A stretch of 63,972 nucleotides of DNA, filler included, from Lama guanicoe (Eukaryota): NCBI GenBank assembly GCA_013239625.1. It is 79 parts of 78 records of this genome, joined end to end, with 100 filler letters (N's around TTAATTAATTAA, not from the genome) between each part and the next. Parts side by side here need not be neighbours in the genome. Positions count along the whole stretch, not along the records: positions 63,360 to 63,819 come from PNXV01002434.1; positions 63,920 to 63,972 come from MU053804.1; 77 more parts are not named here. The stretch is one strand, 5' to 3'. The notes beneath the pieces are model-generated. The model saw nothing but the letters and a program-made list of their open reading frames with translations, did no database searches and had not been told where the DNA came from. The position numbers and the translations under genes are program-made. Below, one piece after another: positions 63,360 through 63,972 of this stretch; position 1 is the stretch's first letter, and each line of letters begins with the position of its first letter.

Positions 63360-63819
63360 ATCACACTTTGATCCCAGAAAAACCCTCCTGTAGCGATTTC
63401 TACCCAAGTGATATGTAATTCGAATAGATTCCTTCAATATGATATTCCGTGTTCCGTACATGCTACATGCATGACGGATTCGACAAACATGCATTCCGGA
63501 GTTGAGAGCATGTCGATTACTGATCATTCATCCTCTATATAAACAATATTTTCATCTAGACACGTGTACCCATTTTCACAATCTTATCCTAACACCAGTT
63601 TCGAACTCGTGCATTTTTCTCTGAAAAATACTTCTGGAGCGATTTCCACCAAACAGATATGTAATTTAATTCCATCAACATGGCATTCCGGGTTCCGTAC
63701 ATGCTACATTCATGACGGATTGTGCTAACATGTGTTTCTTAGATCTCAGCATGTGGATTAATGACCTTTAATCCACCAAACAATGCATATATACACTTAG
63801 AAATATTTACTCTGACTTC
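63360..63819 (-). repeat. Diverged ~241-246-bp tandem repeat (family B')
   Basis: gttccgtacatgctacat at 63451 and 63692; agcgatttc at 63392 and 63638. Colinear blocks with the reverse complement of family B. Confidence 0.8.
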
Positions 63820-63919
63820 NNNNNNNNNNNNNNNNNNNNNNNNNNNNNNNNNNNNNNNNNNNNTTAATTAATTAANNNNNNNNNNNNNNNNNNNNNNNNN
63901 NNNNNNNNNNNNNNNNNNN

Positions 63920-63972
63920 ATGAGTTCCCAACTAGCTAGGTGATTGACGGCTTTCACACACACTCAGCTGTC
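63920..63972 (-). repeat. Family B satellite, partial (window end)
   Basis: gttcccaactagctaggtgattgacggctttcacacac matches the reverse complement of family B (gttcccaacaagctaggtgaaggacggctttcacacac). Confidence 0.85.

Noticed and set aside
823..63875. Regularly recurring identical 12-mer separated by unique sequence (CRISPR-like or recombination-site-like pattern)
   Set aside because: It is always embedded in fixed N padding, the spacers are hundreds of bases of mammalian DNA, and there are no cas genes. It is an artificial linker.

Overview
This is not a contiguous locus. It is a concatenation of 79 short (about 0.4-1.6 kb, last one partial) unplaced mammalian contigs or scaffolds. They are joined by 78 artificial ~100-bp spacers (44 N + TTAATTAATTAA + 44 N, giving stop codons in all six frames), so adjacency across spacers has no biological meaning. 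The species is most likely a camelid (alpaca, llama or camel), inferred from a tRNA-derived vic-1-type SINE at ~27.3 kb and cetartiodactyl-type L1 ends. Tandem repeats dominate: (1) an AT-rich satellite built from TTCNNNN heptamers in 12 fragments, with local higher-order periods of 63, 112 and ~187 bp; (2) a GC-rich 267-268-bp satellite (family A, 6 fragments) plus a strongly diverged but colinear relative (A', 3 fragments) showing higher-order organisation; (3) a ~249-bp satellite (family B, 3 fragments) plus a strongly diverged relative (B', 63360-63819). There are also many L1, L2, MIR, MER5 and ERV remnants and two pairs of unexplained paralogous low-copy segments. Three gene fragments are recognisable: exons 1-2 of a CD300/CMRF35-like receptor, two exons of a RalGDS-like multicopy gene not obvious from the ORF track, and a 5'-truncated OR10-family olfactory receptor pseudogene. 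No prokaryotic system, CRISPR array or RNA gene is supported. Nearly all listed ORFs are artefacts of N-runs or satellites.
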